Source: Candidatus Nealsonbacteria bacterium
Lineage (GTDB): Bacteria; Patescibacteriota; Minisyncoccia; Minisyncoccales; RBG-13-36-15
Reading direction: 5' to 3'
Assembly: GCA_011050465.1 (NCBI GenBank)
Contig: DRFQ01000009.1
Location: 128,334-192,333 of the forward strand
DNA: 64,000 nt
Positions 18,221 through 28,225 of this stretch are shown here, in pieces; position 1 is the stretch's first letter, and each line of letters opens with the position of its first letter. The notes below the pieces were generated by a model. That model was not told where the DNA came from and searched no databases. It saw only the letters and a program-made list of their open reading frames with translations. Position numbers and translations under genes: made by a program.

Positions 18221-18337
18221 TTATTTCGGCTTTTTGCCGTGTCTTTGTTTTGGTGAAATCTTTTTCCTGTGCCTTTTTAGAAATCTGCGGCGTCTCGTCC
18301 GGTTTCGATTTCTATTTGGGTTGTGCGAATTTTTCAT
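18221..18337 (-). CDS. possible 38-aa highly basic peptide
   Basis: Below the track cutoff. MKNSHNPNRNRNRTRRRRFLKRHRKKISPKQRHGKKPK. No SD; family not recognised. Confidence 0.25.
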   Translation of the reverse strand: MKNSHNPNRNRNRTRRRRFLKRHRKKISPKQRHGKKPK

Positions 18338-18363
18338 ATTTTTTACAGATTAATAAATTAATA

Positions 18364-18867
18364 TTATGGGATTTCTAATTGGTTAGTTATCCAGCTAATA
18401 CATTTCGGAATATAAATGTCTCTAATATGTTTTTCTAATTTTCCTCCTGAGCAAAAAAAGATATTGTCAATTTTAAAAAATTCAGGATACTTTTTGCATG
18501 TCTCTTCTTTGATTTTCATTTCTTCCTGGACTGCCTTTGTTCCACTCTCCTTCAACCTCCTTTCCCACTCTTCTTCTAATTTATTATACTTTTCATCACA
18601 CCACGATTGAAATGGCGACCTATAATCCATCAGGCCTCCTTCTATTATTTCTTGCATTAATTCCTCAGCATTCTTCAATTTTTCTTGAAGCTCAGCCATT
18701 CTCTGAGATTCTTCTTTTGTAATAGTTCTTGGTTTTTGAAAAACATCAGAGATACTGGCCGTAGAAGAAGTAAATATGTCCAGCTGGTACACAATAATCC
18801 CTAAAAGTATAATGGTAGCTAAAGTTGCTATTATGAATGGAATTTTAGTAAAATTTCGTTGTTCCAT
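18364..18867 (-). CDS. membrane-anchored hypothetical protein (167 aa)
   Basis: N-terminal TM helix and a charged coiled region. Confidence 0.55.
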   Translation of the reverse strand: MEQRNFTKIPFIIATLATIILLGIIVYQLDIFTSSTASISDVFQKPRTITKEESQRMAELQEKLKNAEELMQEIIEGGLMDYRSPFQSWCDEKYNKLEEEWERRLKESGTKAVQEEMKIKEETCKKYPEFFKIDNIFFCSGGKLEKHIRDIYIPKCISWITNQLEIP

Positions 18868-19102
18868 TTCATTTTATGTTTTTTTATTATCCTCTACTCC
18901 CTCGGGCATAGTCCCATGGGACTCACGACGGTTTTTATACCTTTTGAAACCCTTAATAGAGTTTAGATCGTCTTTATCTATTATCTTCCCCTCGAGATTC
19001 TTAACACAACAGGGTATCCTAACGCCATGCGGGGCTTGGACGACGTTAGAACCTGGTATTTGGAGAATTGTGAGGGAGGTAAGGGTGTCGGTTTTAACTC
19101 CT

Positions 19103-19717
19103 TTAGCTATCTAATCTTAGGAAAGGGAGCATCTTTTCGATTCGTAAAACCAATTCATCTTTAGTAAATTGCGTAATGTCAATGACGTGATGGGCATATT
19201 GTTTCGTTGGCTCAAGGTATTGATTATACATAGGACGGAGTATTTTTTCAATGTATTCCTCATAATGCTCATCTCGTAGTTTTGTTCTTCGTTGGTTACG
19301 AATCTCCTCTGGAGCGTCACAATAGAGCATAAGGTCGAGGAATTCTCTAACTTCTGGTTTATAGAACGTTAAATATCCTTCAAGTATAATAACAGCTTTT
19401 GGCTGAATCTCCATTGGCACTCTTTTCTTTTTATGTGCGTAGTCTGGGTTTAGTCTTTCGTCGCACCACGTAAACACCGTAATCGTCTCACCATTTTTTA
19501 GTGTATTGAGGTCGTGTATTAATTCCTCAAAATCAATTGCTTCAGGATGGTCCCAGTTTTCAAACCCGTGGAGTATGGGGATTTCTCCACTCTTTTTCTG
19601 ATAATCATCAAAGTGAAGAACGCTGATTTGTTTAGGATATTTATCCATAAGTGCGAATGCGAGCGTTGATTTTCCAGTTCCTGAACCCCCAGCTATGCCT
19701 AGAAAAAATGAAGTCAT
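19103..19717 (-). CDS. uridine kinase-like P-loop kinase
   Basis: GIAGGSGTGKSTLA Walker A and overall Udk/PRK-like length. Confidence 0.7.
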   Translation of the reverse strand: MTSFFLGIAGGSGTGKSTLAFALMDKYPKQISVLHFDDYQKKSGEIPILHGFENWDHPEAIDFEELIHDLNTLKNGETITVFTWCDERLNPDYAHKKKRVPMEIQPKAVIILEGYLTFYKPEVREFLDLMLYCDAPEEIRNQRRTKLRDEHYEEYIEKILRPMYNQYLEPTKQYAHHVIDITQFTKDELVLRIEKMLPFLRLDS

Positions 19718-19738
19718 AGTGTCATTTTATTAAAGAGT

Positions 19739-20296
19739 TTACCATTTTTCCCAATGAATGTTGTTTTCTTTGAATTTGTCTTTTGGCGGTTGGTTTTTTT
19801 TAACCGGCACGCCAATCGGAATAACATTTAAAGGAATAACATATTCAGGAACTCCTAGAATTTTCTGAACATTTTTAACTAATGCCTCGGCGGGAAAAAT
19901 CGCAGTCCAAACCGCGCCATAGCCCAAAGCATGCGCGGCTAATAAAATATTTTCTGAGGCGGCTGAGCAGTCCTGAACCCAAAAATCTTTGAGTAACGAC
20001 TTTATCACCACTTTAAGCACAAGATTTAAAAGCTTTGATTTGTCGGGTAAACCGCAAACCACAATGGCCGCGCCGGCTTTTGAAAGCATTTTGGCGTAAG
20101 GCAGCTTTTCACAAAGTGCGTCTAAAGTTTCCCGCTTAGTCACAACGACAAATGACCAGGGCTGTTGATTAACGGCCGATGGCGCCGACATCGCTGCTTT
20201 TAATATCGTCAACAAATCCTCTTTTTTAACTTCATTCCCCGTGAATTCCCGGATGCTATGGCGAGTAAGAATATTTTTTAGAGCTTCGTTTTCCAT
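19739..20296 (-). CDS. nitroreductase family protein
   Basis: RHSIREF, APSAVNQQPW and GAVW pattern. Confidence 0.85.
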   Translation of the reverse strand: MENEALKNILTRHSIREFTGNEVKKEDLLTILKAAMSAPSAVNQQPWSFVVVTKRETLDALCEKLPYAKMLSKAGAAIVVCGLPDKSKLLNLVLKVVIKSLLKDFWVQDCSAASENILLAAHALGYGAVWTAIFPAEALVKNVQKILGVPEYVIPLNVIPIGVPVKKNQPPKDKFKENNIHWEKW

Positions 20297-20517
20297 AAAA
20301 TATTAAACGTGATTATTTAATTTTTATCACATTTTTTAATTTTTTCTTTCATAAATTTTCTTTACCCATATACCTATTTTGGGTAGTGGTTGGCTCAACT
20401 TCCCTTGTCCGTCCGAAGCCCAAAGGGCGAAGAAGGAGGCCTGCCCTGAATCGACTGATTCCGGAGCCTAAATTCCTGCCCCGTAGTTCTGCCTCAGGCG
20501 GATACTGCTGGGGTTAG

Positions 20518-21144
20518 TTATTTATTTTTACCGTCAATGACAATTAAAGCATGGAAATCTTGATATAATCGAAAATCTTTTCTTAGTTTCTGTTCGAATA
20601 GTTTTTGCAAAAATGCGTAGGATAAATCCTTGGCCAGGCTTCGTTTTTGAACTAAGCGTCGAGTATACTCATCGATGACAAAAACTGGTTTATCTAAAGC
20701 ATAAAGTAAAATGCTGTCAGATGTTTCCGGACCAATGCCTTTTAATGTTAATAATTGTTCCCTCAACTCCTTAAGTTTTGCTTTTTTCATTCTTTCCGAA
20801 TCACTATAATTATTAAGAATAAATTCTGCCAGATAAAAAAGATAATCTCCTTTGACCTGGTAAAATCCCGATGGTTTGATTAAAGGTGCTAGCTTTTTAG
20901 CACCTAATTTATAAATATTTTTTAAAGAATTTATCTTCGTTCTCTTTAAATTATTTAAAGCTAATTCTACATTTTTCCAGTTCGTTCTTTGGGTTAAAAT
21001 CGCGCCAATCATCACTTCTTCTCTTTCTTTTCTGGTTTTAGGTCTTTTACACCAAAGAACCCATTGTCCTTTAGGTAACCCGTATTTTCTTTTCAACTCT
21101 TTGTATAATTTCTCAAAAGCATTCATTCTCAATTTTAAGTTCAA
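20518..21144 (-). CDS. HhH-GPD (endonuclease III-like) DNA glycosylase domain protein
   Basis: LLTLKGIGPETSDSILLYALDKPVFVIDEYTRR. An alternative start at 21126 (MNAFEKL) is possible. Confidence 0.8.
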   Translation of the reverse strand: MNLKLRMNAFEKLYKELKRKYGLPKGQWVLWCKRPKTRKEREEVMIGAILTQRTNWKNVELALNNLKRTKINSLKNIYKLGAKKLAPLIKPSGFYQVKGDYLFYLAEFILNNYSDSERMKKAKLKELREQLLTLKGIGPETSDSILLYALDKPVFVIDEYTRRLVQKRSLAKDLSYAFLQKLFEQKLRKDFRLYQDFHALIVIDGKNK

Positions 21145-21182
21145 CTTCGGCTTTTTCGTCCGTAGCCTTGGCGTAGGATGAG

Positions 21183-21416
21183 CTAAATTCTAGACTTGGG
21201 ATCCTTGCCGACTTCGCAGTAGTACTGATTTTTAAAACGGTTAATTTTCCAAACTATACATTTTGAACAAATACAGCCTCGTTTATCTGTCGGGTATTCA
21301 CTTTTTCCGTATTCGCAATAAACTTTTGGATCTTTTTTGCCGGGGTAGCTCGGGCATCTGCTGCAAATACAAAAAGGCGAAGTTGTATTCCGAATAAGTT
21401 TTTTGAATAAATTCAT
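21183..21416 (-). CDS. Cys-rich small protein (DUF2769-like)
   Basis: CICSRCPSY...CEYG...CICSKC pattern. Confidence 0.5.
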   Translation of the reverse strand: MNLFKKLIRNTTSPFCICSRCPSYPGKKDPKVYCEYGKSEYPTDKRGCICSKCIVWKINRFKNQYYCEVGKDPKSRI

Positions 21417-21423
21417 TTTATTA

Positions 21424-21451
21424 ACATTCTCATATTCTCAAGAATGTTGGA
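21424..21451. promoter_or_regulatory. candidate ArsR operator copy A
   Basis: ACATTCTCATATTCTCAAGAATGTTGGA with inverted repeat ATATTC-TCAA-GAATGT. Spans the ArsR stop and the gap before the ATG at 21416. Confidence 0.4.
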
Positions 21452-21743
21452 AGGTTATAATAAAATTGCAGAACACTTTACCATAAGGCGACAGTGTATG
21501 AATAACCATACGACCCTGATATTTTTTATTTAGAAGCCCAGCTTGGACTAACCGACGAGTATGTTCGGAAATTGTTTTAATATTGCACTCAAGCGCTTCA
21601 GCAATTCCTTCAAGAGTAATCCCCTCTGACTCGCCGACTAAAATAAGGATGGCTATTCTCCGATGGTTAGCCACGCCCTTAAAATGCCTTTCCAATTGCT
21701 TTGCTGTTTTTGCTATTTTTGCTGTTTTTGTCGTTTTTGCCAT
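21438..21743 (-). CDS. ArsR-family winged-helix transcriptional regulator
   Basis: ANHRRIAILILV...ISEHTRRLVQAGLL. Start moved to ATG 21743 (TATAAT-N7-ATG). Confidence 0.8.
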   Translation of the reverse strand: MAKTTKTAKIAKTAKQLERHFKGVANHRRIAILILVGESEGITLEGIAEALECNIKTISEHTRRLVQAGLLNKKYQGRMVIHTLSPYGKVFCNFIITFQHS

Positions 21744-21772
21744 AATCTTCATTATATTAACACGATATCATG

Positions 21773-21800
21773 ACATTCTTATATTCTCAAGAATATTGGA
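21773..21800. promoter_or_regulatory. candidate ArsR operator copy B
   Basis: ACATTCTTATATTCTCAAGAATATTGGA with a perfect ATATTC-TCAA-GAATAT inverted repeat, just upstream of the ArsR promoter. Confidence 0.45.
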
Positions 21801-21821
21801 ATAATTTAACTTATTTGGTGG

Positions 21822-22388
21822 TTATTTTTTTAATTTAATATCATAGATAATATTTTCTAACTTCCTTAAATTTCTTTCTGTTTCATCATATTTTTGCCTC
21901 AGTTTGCCCTGAAAACCAACCTTGGTAAGTTCTTGGACAATATTCTCCACTGTTCTTTGATATGAAATTAATTCTTTAAGATTTTTAGGGCTGGCTATAG
22001 TTATTGCTCTCCTTACTAGCTCGCCGGTAAAATCGCAAATTCCCGAAATAAATTCTTTAGGTTCTACTTTGATAAACTTAGAAGTTTTTTTCTTGGATTT
22101 GGTTAGAAAATTATAGAAAGTTATCGCCTCGATGTATTCTTCCACTGCTTCTTTATAGAAATTTTGATTTAATAAATCTTTGTGCTGCTCAACGACTTCA
22201 TTAATTAATTGAAATCGGTCCTCTATATTTTTAAACGTCTTTTCACTCTCTTTAATATTTTCTCTACGCAATAAAGCAATTACTTTTTTAGAATTTGCCC
22301 TAATTTCATTAGAAAGTTTTTGGATTCCATATAATAAATCCTGATTTTCTTGATACTCTTTGATTAATTTCCTTAATATATTATTCAT
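21822..22388 (-). CDS. translin-like family protein
   Basis: Helical protein with GICDFTGELVRRAI (the D..GEL.R pattern of translin-like proteins). Confidence 0.45.
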   Translation of the reverse strand: MNNILRKLIKEYQENQDLLYGIQKLSNEIRANSKKVIALLRRENIKESEKTFKNIEDRFQLINEVVEQHKDLLNQNFYKEAVEEYIEAITFYNFLTKSKKKTSKFIKVEPKEFISGICDFTGELVRRAITIASPKNLKELISYQRTVENIVQELTKVGFQGKLRQKYDETERNLRKLENIIYDIKLKK

Positions 22389-22551
22389 AATTCTCTTTCT
22401 TACCCCAGCACCAGAACGAAGTTCGGTGCTGGGGTAAATGTTTTATGTTTTAAGTGATGTTTCCTTTCTATATTCTACCAAAAAAACCATCAGTTCCCTA
22501 CTTTGTCCTTTCGAGGGACGGACGATATTAGGACCTGTTTGATAAGAAAAT

Positions 22552-22893
22552 TTATTTAAATCTTACTGCGATTAATCCAAATTTCTTAATTTTTTCTTGA
22601 TAACCCGGAAAACAATAATAAACAGCTTTCATTTCTTTTAAAGAAGAAATTTGAGGCATTACTTTCTTAATATCTAAGTTTTTTGCCATATTATCAATGC
22701 TTTTAAAATGTTTTACTTCTATCACCTCTTTATTGAACTTTTCTTTATCGCACAAAAAAACTAAAGTATCTCCCTTTTTTATATTGCGGAATTTAATTGT
22801 AGCTGCACGAGTTTCTATGGTTTTTAATCCCTTTTTAATGTCATCAAAAATTCCCTTATCTATTTTTCTGAATCTTAGTATATGTTTTTTCAT
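22552..22893 (-). CDS. ASCH domain protein
   Basis: FDDIKKGLKTIETRAAT...IKKGDTLVF pattern. Confidence 0.6.
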   Translation of the reverse strand: MKKHILRFRKIDKGIFDDIKKGLKTIETRAATIKFRNIKKGDTLVFLCDKEKFNKEVIEVKHFKSIDNMAKNLDIKKVMPQISSLKEMKAVYYCFPGYQEKIKKFGLIAVRFK

Positions 22894-22931
22894 ACTTCAA
22901 CTCTACTAAAAAACCGCCTTTTATACGATTT

Positions 22932-23717
22932 TTAATTATGGGTTGCTATTCCTCGAACTTCAATATTCTCTGAAGAGATAATATTCTTGCATTCCTGAAT
23001 GAATTTTAGAAATTTCTTCCTATCTTTTAAAATATTATAACTTTTAGGAAATTTTTCTTTTAATATGTCCATGAATTCTTTTCCGGCCCCTCTTACGTTA
23101 ATCATTTCAAAAAAATAATAATCAACGAATTTTTTCGTTTTCTCAATTACATCTTTTAAGTTTATTAAACCTGGAATTATAGGGCTGACAAAGGCATAGG
23201 TTTTAAATCCCTCTTCTTTAAGATTCTTTAAAGTATTAATTCTCCTTTCATTTGAGGTCGAAAATGGCTCAAAGATGCGTTTTGTCTCGCCATCAAAACT
23301 ATTTATCGTTAAGCCAATTTCAATATTTTTAAATTTTTTGAAGATATCTATATCTCGTAAAACTAAATCTGATTTTGTTTGAATAGAAAGCTTTATTTTT
23401 TTGTCTAAATTCTCCAAAATTCTCTTGGTTAGTTTCAAGTCTTTCTCAATTGGTTGATAGGGGTCAGTAATAGAACTCATATAGACCCAACCGTCTACAT
23501 ACTTCCCTTTTACTAATTCTGGAGCGTTTATCTTTATTTCAATCCAAGTCCCCCACTTTCCGTAATTGGGCGGCCGCCATTTAGATATAAATTTGGCATA
23601 GCAATAAAGGCAGGCATGTTGGCATCCAACATATTGATTGATTGCCCACTTTACTCCCGGCAGTTTGCTTCTAGTAAAAATTGATTTCGCTTTTACCTTA
23701 ATTAATTTAATTTTCAT
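22932..23717 (-). CDS. radical SAM protein (SplB-like DNA repair photolyase family)
   Basis: Canonical VGCQHACLYCYA (Cx3Cx2C). Confidence 0.8.
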   Translation of the reverse strand: MKIKLIKVKAKSIFTRSKLPGVKWAINQYVGCQHACLYCYAKFISKWRPPNYGKWGTWIEIKINAPELVKGKYVDGWVYMSSITDPYQPIEKDLKLTKRILENLDKKIKLSIQTKSDLVLRDIDIFKKFKNIEIGLTINSFDGETKRIFEPFSTSNERRINTLKNLKEEGFKTYAFVSPIIPGLINLKDVIEKTKKFVDYYFFEMINVRGAGKEFMDILKEKFPKSYNILKDRKKFLKFIQECKNIISSENIEVRGIATHN

Positions 23718-23799
23718 ATTTCTACTCTATCAAAAAATCGCCCTCGGCCATAGCTCTACGGGCAAGGCCTTCTTGGCGACTTCTTATTTCCCTACCCTG

Positions 23800-24729
23800 C
23801 TATTCACTATTAAAAATCAACCGTAAAAGAGCCATTCTAATATATAACCCATTTTGGGCTTGCCTGAAATATACAGCTCTTTTATCATTATCTACCTCGG
23901 GAGAAATTTCGTTTACTCTTGGTAATGGATGCATTATTATTGTATTTTCTTTAAGTTGATTTACAATTTTTTTATCAATTATATAAGCGTCTTTTGCCTG
24001 TTCATACTCTTGTTTAGACTTAAATCGCTCTTTCTGAATTCTTGTAATATATAAGACGTCTATTTTATCTAAAACTTCATTTAAATTTGTTAATTCTTCA
24101 AATTCTATTTCCTTTTGTGTTAAATAGTCCTTATCCTTTTCAGGAAGTTTTAATTGAGTCGGCGAAATGAGATAAACCTTCACTCCTCTATACAGAGCAA
24201 GCAGATAAATTAAAGAATGTATTGTTCTGCCATATAATAAATCACCAATCAAAGCTATTTTTAGATTATCAATTTTCCCGAACTCCTTTTGGATCGTGTA
24301 TAGGTCTAATAATGCTTGGGTGGGGTGTTCTCCAATTCCATCTCCTGCGTTTATTATAGGCACAGATGAAATTCCTGAAGCAATTTTCGCTGAACCTTCT
24401 TCATAATGCCTTAGGACGATTGCATCAACATATCCACTTATTACTTTAATCGTATCCTGAAGCGTTTCTCCTTTTGTAACCGACGAGAAATGAGAGGCAC
24501 TTTCTGTGGTTATCACATCTCCACCAAGTTTATGCATTGCGGATTCAAAAGAAAATCTTGTTCTTGTGCTTGGTTCATAGAATACTGTCGCTAAAATCTT
24601 CCCTTTTAAAGAATCTTGTAACTTATTTGCCTTATCGTTTTTTTTCATTTCATCTGCAAGCTGAAAAATCTTATCTAAAATGTTCGTATCTAAAAATTGT
24701 TTCACGCTAATTATATGCTTGAACCGCAT
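23800..24729 (-). CDS. pyrB: aspartate carbamoyltransferase catalytic subunit
   Basis: STRTRFSFE, HPTQALLD and HPLPR motifs. Confidence 0.93.
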   Translation of the reverse strand: MRFKHIISVKQFLDTNILDKIFQLADEMKKNDKANKLQDSLKGKILATVFYEPSTRTRFSFESAMHKLGGDVITTESASHFSSVTKGETLQDTIKVISGYVDAIVLRHYEEGSAKIASGISSVPIINAGDGIGEHPTQALLDLYTIQKEFGKIDNLKIALIGDLLYGRTIHSLIYLLALYRGVKVYLISPTQLKLPEKDKDYLTQKEIEFEELTNLNEVLDKIDVLYITRIQKERFKSKQEYEQAKDAYIIDKKIVNQLKENTIIMHPLPRVNEISPEVDNDKRAVYFRQAQNGLYIRMALLRLIFNSE

Positions 24730-24744
24730 ATTTTTATTCTATCG

Positions 24745-24831
24745 TTAATTACGAAATAATTACAGGGAAGAGCGAAGCGATGACTGGTTTACTTAATTAC
24801 GAAGTAATTACAGGGAACGCAGTGACCGGTT
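24745..24831. repeat. two tandem TTAATTACGAARTAATTACAGGGAA...TGACYGGTT elements
   Basis: Copies at 24745-24789 and 24793-24831, upstream of the pyrB TAGAAT-N6-ATG. Confidence 0.8.
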
Positions 24832-24869
24832 CGAAAAAATCGCTGTTTAGGCGATTAAATTTTCTTTAT

Positions 24870-24888
24870 CCTGAGCTTGTCGAACGGG
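24870..24888. repeat. GC-rich mini-repeat (partial copy)
   Basis: CCTGAGCTTGTCGAACGGG. Confidence 0.6.
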
Positions 24889-24907
24889 CTCCTCTGGCTG
24901 GACGTAT

Positions 24908-25462
24908 TTACAATCCAAGATCTTTATTAATTTTTTGCATTGCTTGAAGTCCAGTTTTAACAAATTCCTCTAACTTTATATCAAGTAATCCTTCGGATTG
25001 CTTAATAATTTCCCTATTTATCCCCCTGGCAAAAGCCTTCTCTTTAAAACGGTTTAAAACATTTTCTACAGTTAAATCTGTTATTTTTTTTGATGGTAAA
25101 ACTAATGTTGCCGCGACAATCAAACCAGTTAAAGGATCAATCGTAAAAAGGGCCTTGTCCATTGGAGCTTCTGGCTGAATCCCGTGAATTTCATTATGAA
25201 CCTTTACTGCCTGGCAAATTTCTTTACTTAATCCTGCCTCTTCAAGCATTTGAGCTCCAACTAAAGAATGCTTATTTGGATCATCTTTAGTTTTTTCATA
25301 ATCAATGTCGTGTAATAATCCGGCTATCCCCCATTGATCCTCATTTTCTCCAAGTTGGCGAGCCAAAGCCCGCATTACAGCTTCTACTGCCAAGCAATGC
25401 TTAATTAAATTTTGATTATCAAGATTTTGTTTTAATAATTCTAAAGCTTGATCTCTGTTCAT
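24908..25462 (-). CDS. HD-domain phosphohydrolase
   Basis: HCLAVE...LLHDIDYE. Confidence 0.85.
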   Translation of the reverse strand: MNRDQALELLKQNLDNQNLIKHCLAVEAVMRALARQLGENEDQWGIAGLLHDIDYEKTKDDPNKHSLVGAQMLEEAGLSKEICQAVKVHNEIHGIQPEAPMDKALFTIDPLTGLIVAATLVLPSKKITDLTVENVLNRFKEKAFARGINREIIKQSEGLLDIKLEEFVKTGLQAMQKINKDLGL

Positions 25463-25498
25463 GTTTTACTCTTAACGGCTCCACGACGCTTTTTATAC

Positions 25499-25512
25499 CT
25501 TGTGCGACATTT
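25499..25512 (+). repeat. left copy of the 14-bp inverted repeat CTTGTGCGACATTT
   Basis: Its exact reverse complement lies at 36940-36953. Confidence 0.85.
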
Positions 25513-25560
25513 GGTTTTAAACAAAATCTTCCTGGCCACATGGGATTATGCTAGAACATT

Positions 25561-27534
25561 TTATTCTAAATAGTCCTTGATCCATTCGATAAGAGTGGGG
25601 GGATCTTTCTTTTGGCTATAAATATATAGTTTTTTCTTTACTCGCGTGATAGACACTATAAATTGGCACAAAAGTTCATTTGTCACCTTGTCTTCATTAA
25701 AATTTACGAGAAAAACATAATCCGCACTAAGCCCTTTTGATCCCAGCGGATTAACAATCTTAATAGAAATATCTTTGTGACCCTCTTTACGAACGTTACT
25801 TCCCTTTATTTCCTTTTTTAATTTATTAAAAGCAATTTCAGAAGGATTATAACTAAACTGATTGAGGATAAATTTTCTTTCCTCATCGTTTATTTTTATG
25901 TTGTCATTAATCTTCTTTAATATTTTTAATACTTTCTTAATCTCACTTTGAATAGTTTTGGGTAATAGACTTCTAAAAACATCTTGTTCTGATTTGCTCT
26001 TCACGATGATTCTTTTAAATTCGGCTGATTTCATCTTGTCCTTAGACAGGATTCTCCAACCAAGATTGCGATCACTGTCCTTTAAAAGAAGCTCGTACCC
26101 CTCCATTTTGATATCATCTTTTCTTTTATTCTGAATATTCCTAAAACCTTTCTCGCGAAGATAATTTTCCATTTCATCTTTTTGCTTAGGAGATCCATGT
26201 GCACAAATTATTAATACAGAAAAATTTCTATCTCGTTCAAAAATCTCCTTAATATCCTTATCAATAAAGAAATCTACCCTCTGTACTTCTCCCCTATAAG
26301 AGATGTTTTGGTATTTTTTAGATATTGCATCTTTTTCTTCTGAACAAAAATACTCAAATCTTTTAGGAATCCTTTTTTTTAGAAATCCCCCTTTCTCGGC
26401 CTTAGATATGAGAGTATTAACAGAATCTATTATTACTTTTGGACAACGAGAACAAAAAGGAAGGGAACGATAAAAATAATTACTTTTAAAATTAAGGCAT
26501 CTAGAACGTATTTCTTCTGGATAAGCGTTTTTAAAATCATAAAGTGATTGATCGTCATCACCAACTATCAGAATCGGGCTTTCATCAGCTAATAAATCTA
26601 ACAATTTTATTTCTAACTTATTAAAATCTTGGAATTCGTCGATTAATATTTGAGAATATTGAGGTATTTCTTTTTTGTCTTTTTCGAAATGCTTTATTAA
26701 ATCGTAGACAGCACAACTCGGACCAATACAGTCATAGTATTTTCTTCTTTTAAAATAAAAAGCTAAAGCTTTAGAATTATTTCTATCCAATAAGTCATTA
26801 AAAATATCCTTAAAGGAAATCTTTCTCCCCTCGATAATATTAAAGTCCTCGCTTATAACATCCGCTATTTGCATAAAAACTTCGGGTTTCTCTGTGGAGC
26901 CTGGGAATAATTCATTCATAACAAAGCTATGCAATGTCCTTACATCGGCCAACTGTCCTAACCCAAACTTTAAATCATTCACTAATTCATTAATGAAGGT
27001 CATGATAAGGTTGTTATCATTTTCTTTCTTTTTACAAACCTTCTCAAACAAGAAAGTTTTTCCTGTTCCGGGCCCGGCCGCAACAACTATTTTAGGTTTA
27101 CTTGATATAATTATTTCATCGGTATGTATTTTTCTTTCTGCTTGATATAAAATTCTTCTCGAAACTTCAGGAGTAAGCCTACTTATAGTTTCTTTAAAAG
27201 TAAACCAATTTCCTTTCTTCTCTACTTTCTGTTCTTTTATTTTTTCACTTTCTGGCACTTCAGATAAATAGAAAAGAAAAAAGTGTATTGTCCTTGAAAT
27301 AGCAGAATCATCTTGATCTACTCTACCAATTTCTCCTTTGCATTCTATGTGGGCATAACCTGTTTTGTGCCTAATACTCTTTATGGCAGTTCCTTCTATG
27401 TTTATCAGATCGGTGTCGCATTTGACTCTGTCACCAATGAGTGACCACTCGTTATTACTTTTTCTCTGAATCAAATAATATTTTCCGTCACTAGGAGACC
27501 AAAGAACACTGACTATAAAAAACTCTTTCTTCAT
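25561..27534 (-). CDS. Nudix-like N-terminal domain fused to a UvrD/PcrA-type SF1 helicase
   Basis: First about 130 aa: Nudix-fold-like with a degenerate box (GDRVKCDTDLINIEGTAIKSIRHKTGY). Then AAGPGTGKTF (motif I), ILIDEFQDFN (II) and IVGDDDQSLY (III). Confidence 0.8.
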   Translation of the reverse strand: MKKEFFIVSVLWSPSDGKYYLIQRKSNNEWSLIGDRVKCDTDLINIEGTAIKSIRHKTGYAHIECKGEIGRVDQDDSAISRTIHFFLFYLSEVPESEKIKEQKVEKKGNWFTFKETISRLTPEVSRRILYQAERKIHTDEIIISSKPKIVVAAGPGTGKTFLFEKVCKKKENDNNLIMTFINELVNDLKFGLGQLADVRTLHSFVMNELFPGSTEKPEVFMQIADVISEDFNIIEGRKISFKDIFNDLLDRNNSKALAFYFKRRKYYDCIGPSCAVYDLIKHFEKDKKEIPQYSQILIDEFQDFNKLEIKLLDLLADESPILIVGDDDQSLYDFKNAYPEEIRSRCLNFKSNYFYRSLPFCSRCPKVIIDSVNTLISKAEKGGFLKKRIPKRFEYFCSEEKDAISKKYQNISYRGEVQRVDFFIDKDIKEIFERDRNFSVLIICAHGSPKQKDEMENYLREKGFRNIQNKRKDDIKMEGYELLLKDSDRNLGWRILSKDKMKSAEFKRIIVKSKSEQDVFRSLLPKTIQSEIKKVLKILKKINDNIKINDEERKFILNQFSYNPSEIAFNKLKKEIKGSNVRKEGHKDISIKIVNPLGSKGLSADYVFLVNFNEDKVTNELLCQFIVSITRVKKKLYIYSQKKDPPTLIEWIKDYLE

Positions 27535-27539
27535 ATGTT

Positions 27540-28193
27540 TTAATTACGAGATTTTCCTGTACGGGTTCTATAATAACACCACTTACAGTTGTTTGGGTCT
27601 TCTTTCGGAGTAGATCCATTTAGAAGTGCAGAAACCGCTGATATAAAAGAATAAAACCCCTTCATATCTTCCTTTATTTCAAACCAATGTGGCTTTGTCT
27701 TAAAAATAACATCATCTCCAGGAAATAAAATTTCCTCTGGACTTATAGCAACAACACCCATTTTACTCACCTTCCTTGGAGAACCAATTTCTGGATTTTC
27801 TAAAGAAAATTTGTATGCGTGTAATTGAGGAAAAAACTTGTTAAGTTTATCTTCACCAGGATTGGTTATCTTAAAGTCAATAACCGCATGCGTTCCATCC
27901 TCTAAACGAGAAACTATATCAAACCTACCGCTAATATAACAATCATCTGTAGGAGGTATGGGTTTTGATTTCAGAAATCCTTCCTTTACTTCAATTTTTC
28001 CTGCTGGCAATCCAGAATTAATCTCTCTTAAATCCATCCCAATAATCGCGTTTTGCAACAACGAATTCATTTTTGTAAAAACTCCTGGCATTCCTATCGA
28101 TGGAAGAGATACGCCATATTTTATCTTTTGGTAATAACAATACTTACAATCCTCGTAAAGATACTTAAAGTCAGATGGACTTAATTTAAACAT
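27540..28193 (-). CDS. Cas4/RecB-like PD-(D/E)xK nuclease with four Cys
   Basis: CKYC near the N-terminus, GRFD, VIDFK, QLHAYKF and C-terminal CKWC. Confidence 0.8.
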   Translation of the reverse strand: MFKLSPSDFKYLYEDCKYCYYQKIKYGVSLPSIGMPGVFTKMNSLLQNAIIGMDLREINSGLPAGKIEVKEGFLKSKPIPPTDDCYISGRFDIVSRLEDGTHAVIDFKITNPGEDKLNKFFPQLHAYKFSLENPEIGSPRKVSKMGVVAISPEEILFPGDDVIFKTKPHWFEIKEDMKGFYSFISAVSALLNGSTPKEDPNNCKWCYYRTRTGKSRN

Positions 28194-28225
28194 AATTTTA
28201 TTTCTTAATTAATTCTTTAACTTTG

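Noticed and set aside
18880-19100. A structured RNA gene upstream of 18364..18867.
   Set aside because: The only recurrent part is AAGGTATAAAAA(C/G)CGTCGTG(G)AG, shared with 25479-25501. It reads as a -10 box plus initial transcribed region of two minus-strand genes. No closed fold or known family was recognised.
20380-20517. G+C-rich intergenic blocks (20380-20517 and 51355-51473) as SRP RNA, RNase P RNA, tmRNA or 6S RNA.
   Set aside because: None of the family hallmarks I can recall is present: no GGAAGCAGC-type SRP helix 8, no GAGGAAAGTCC, no tRNA-like CCA end. They partly resemble degenerate copies of the GC-rich mini-repeats. Left unassigned.
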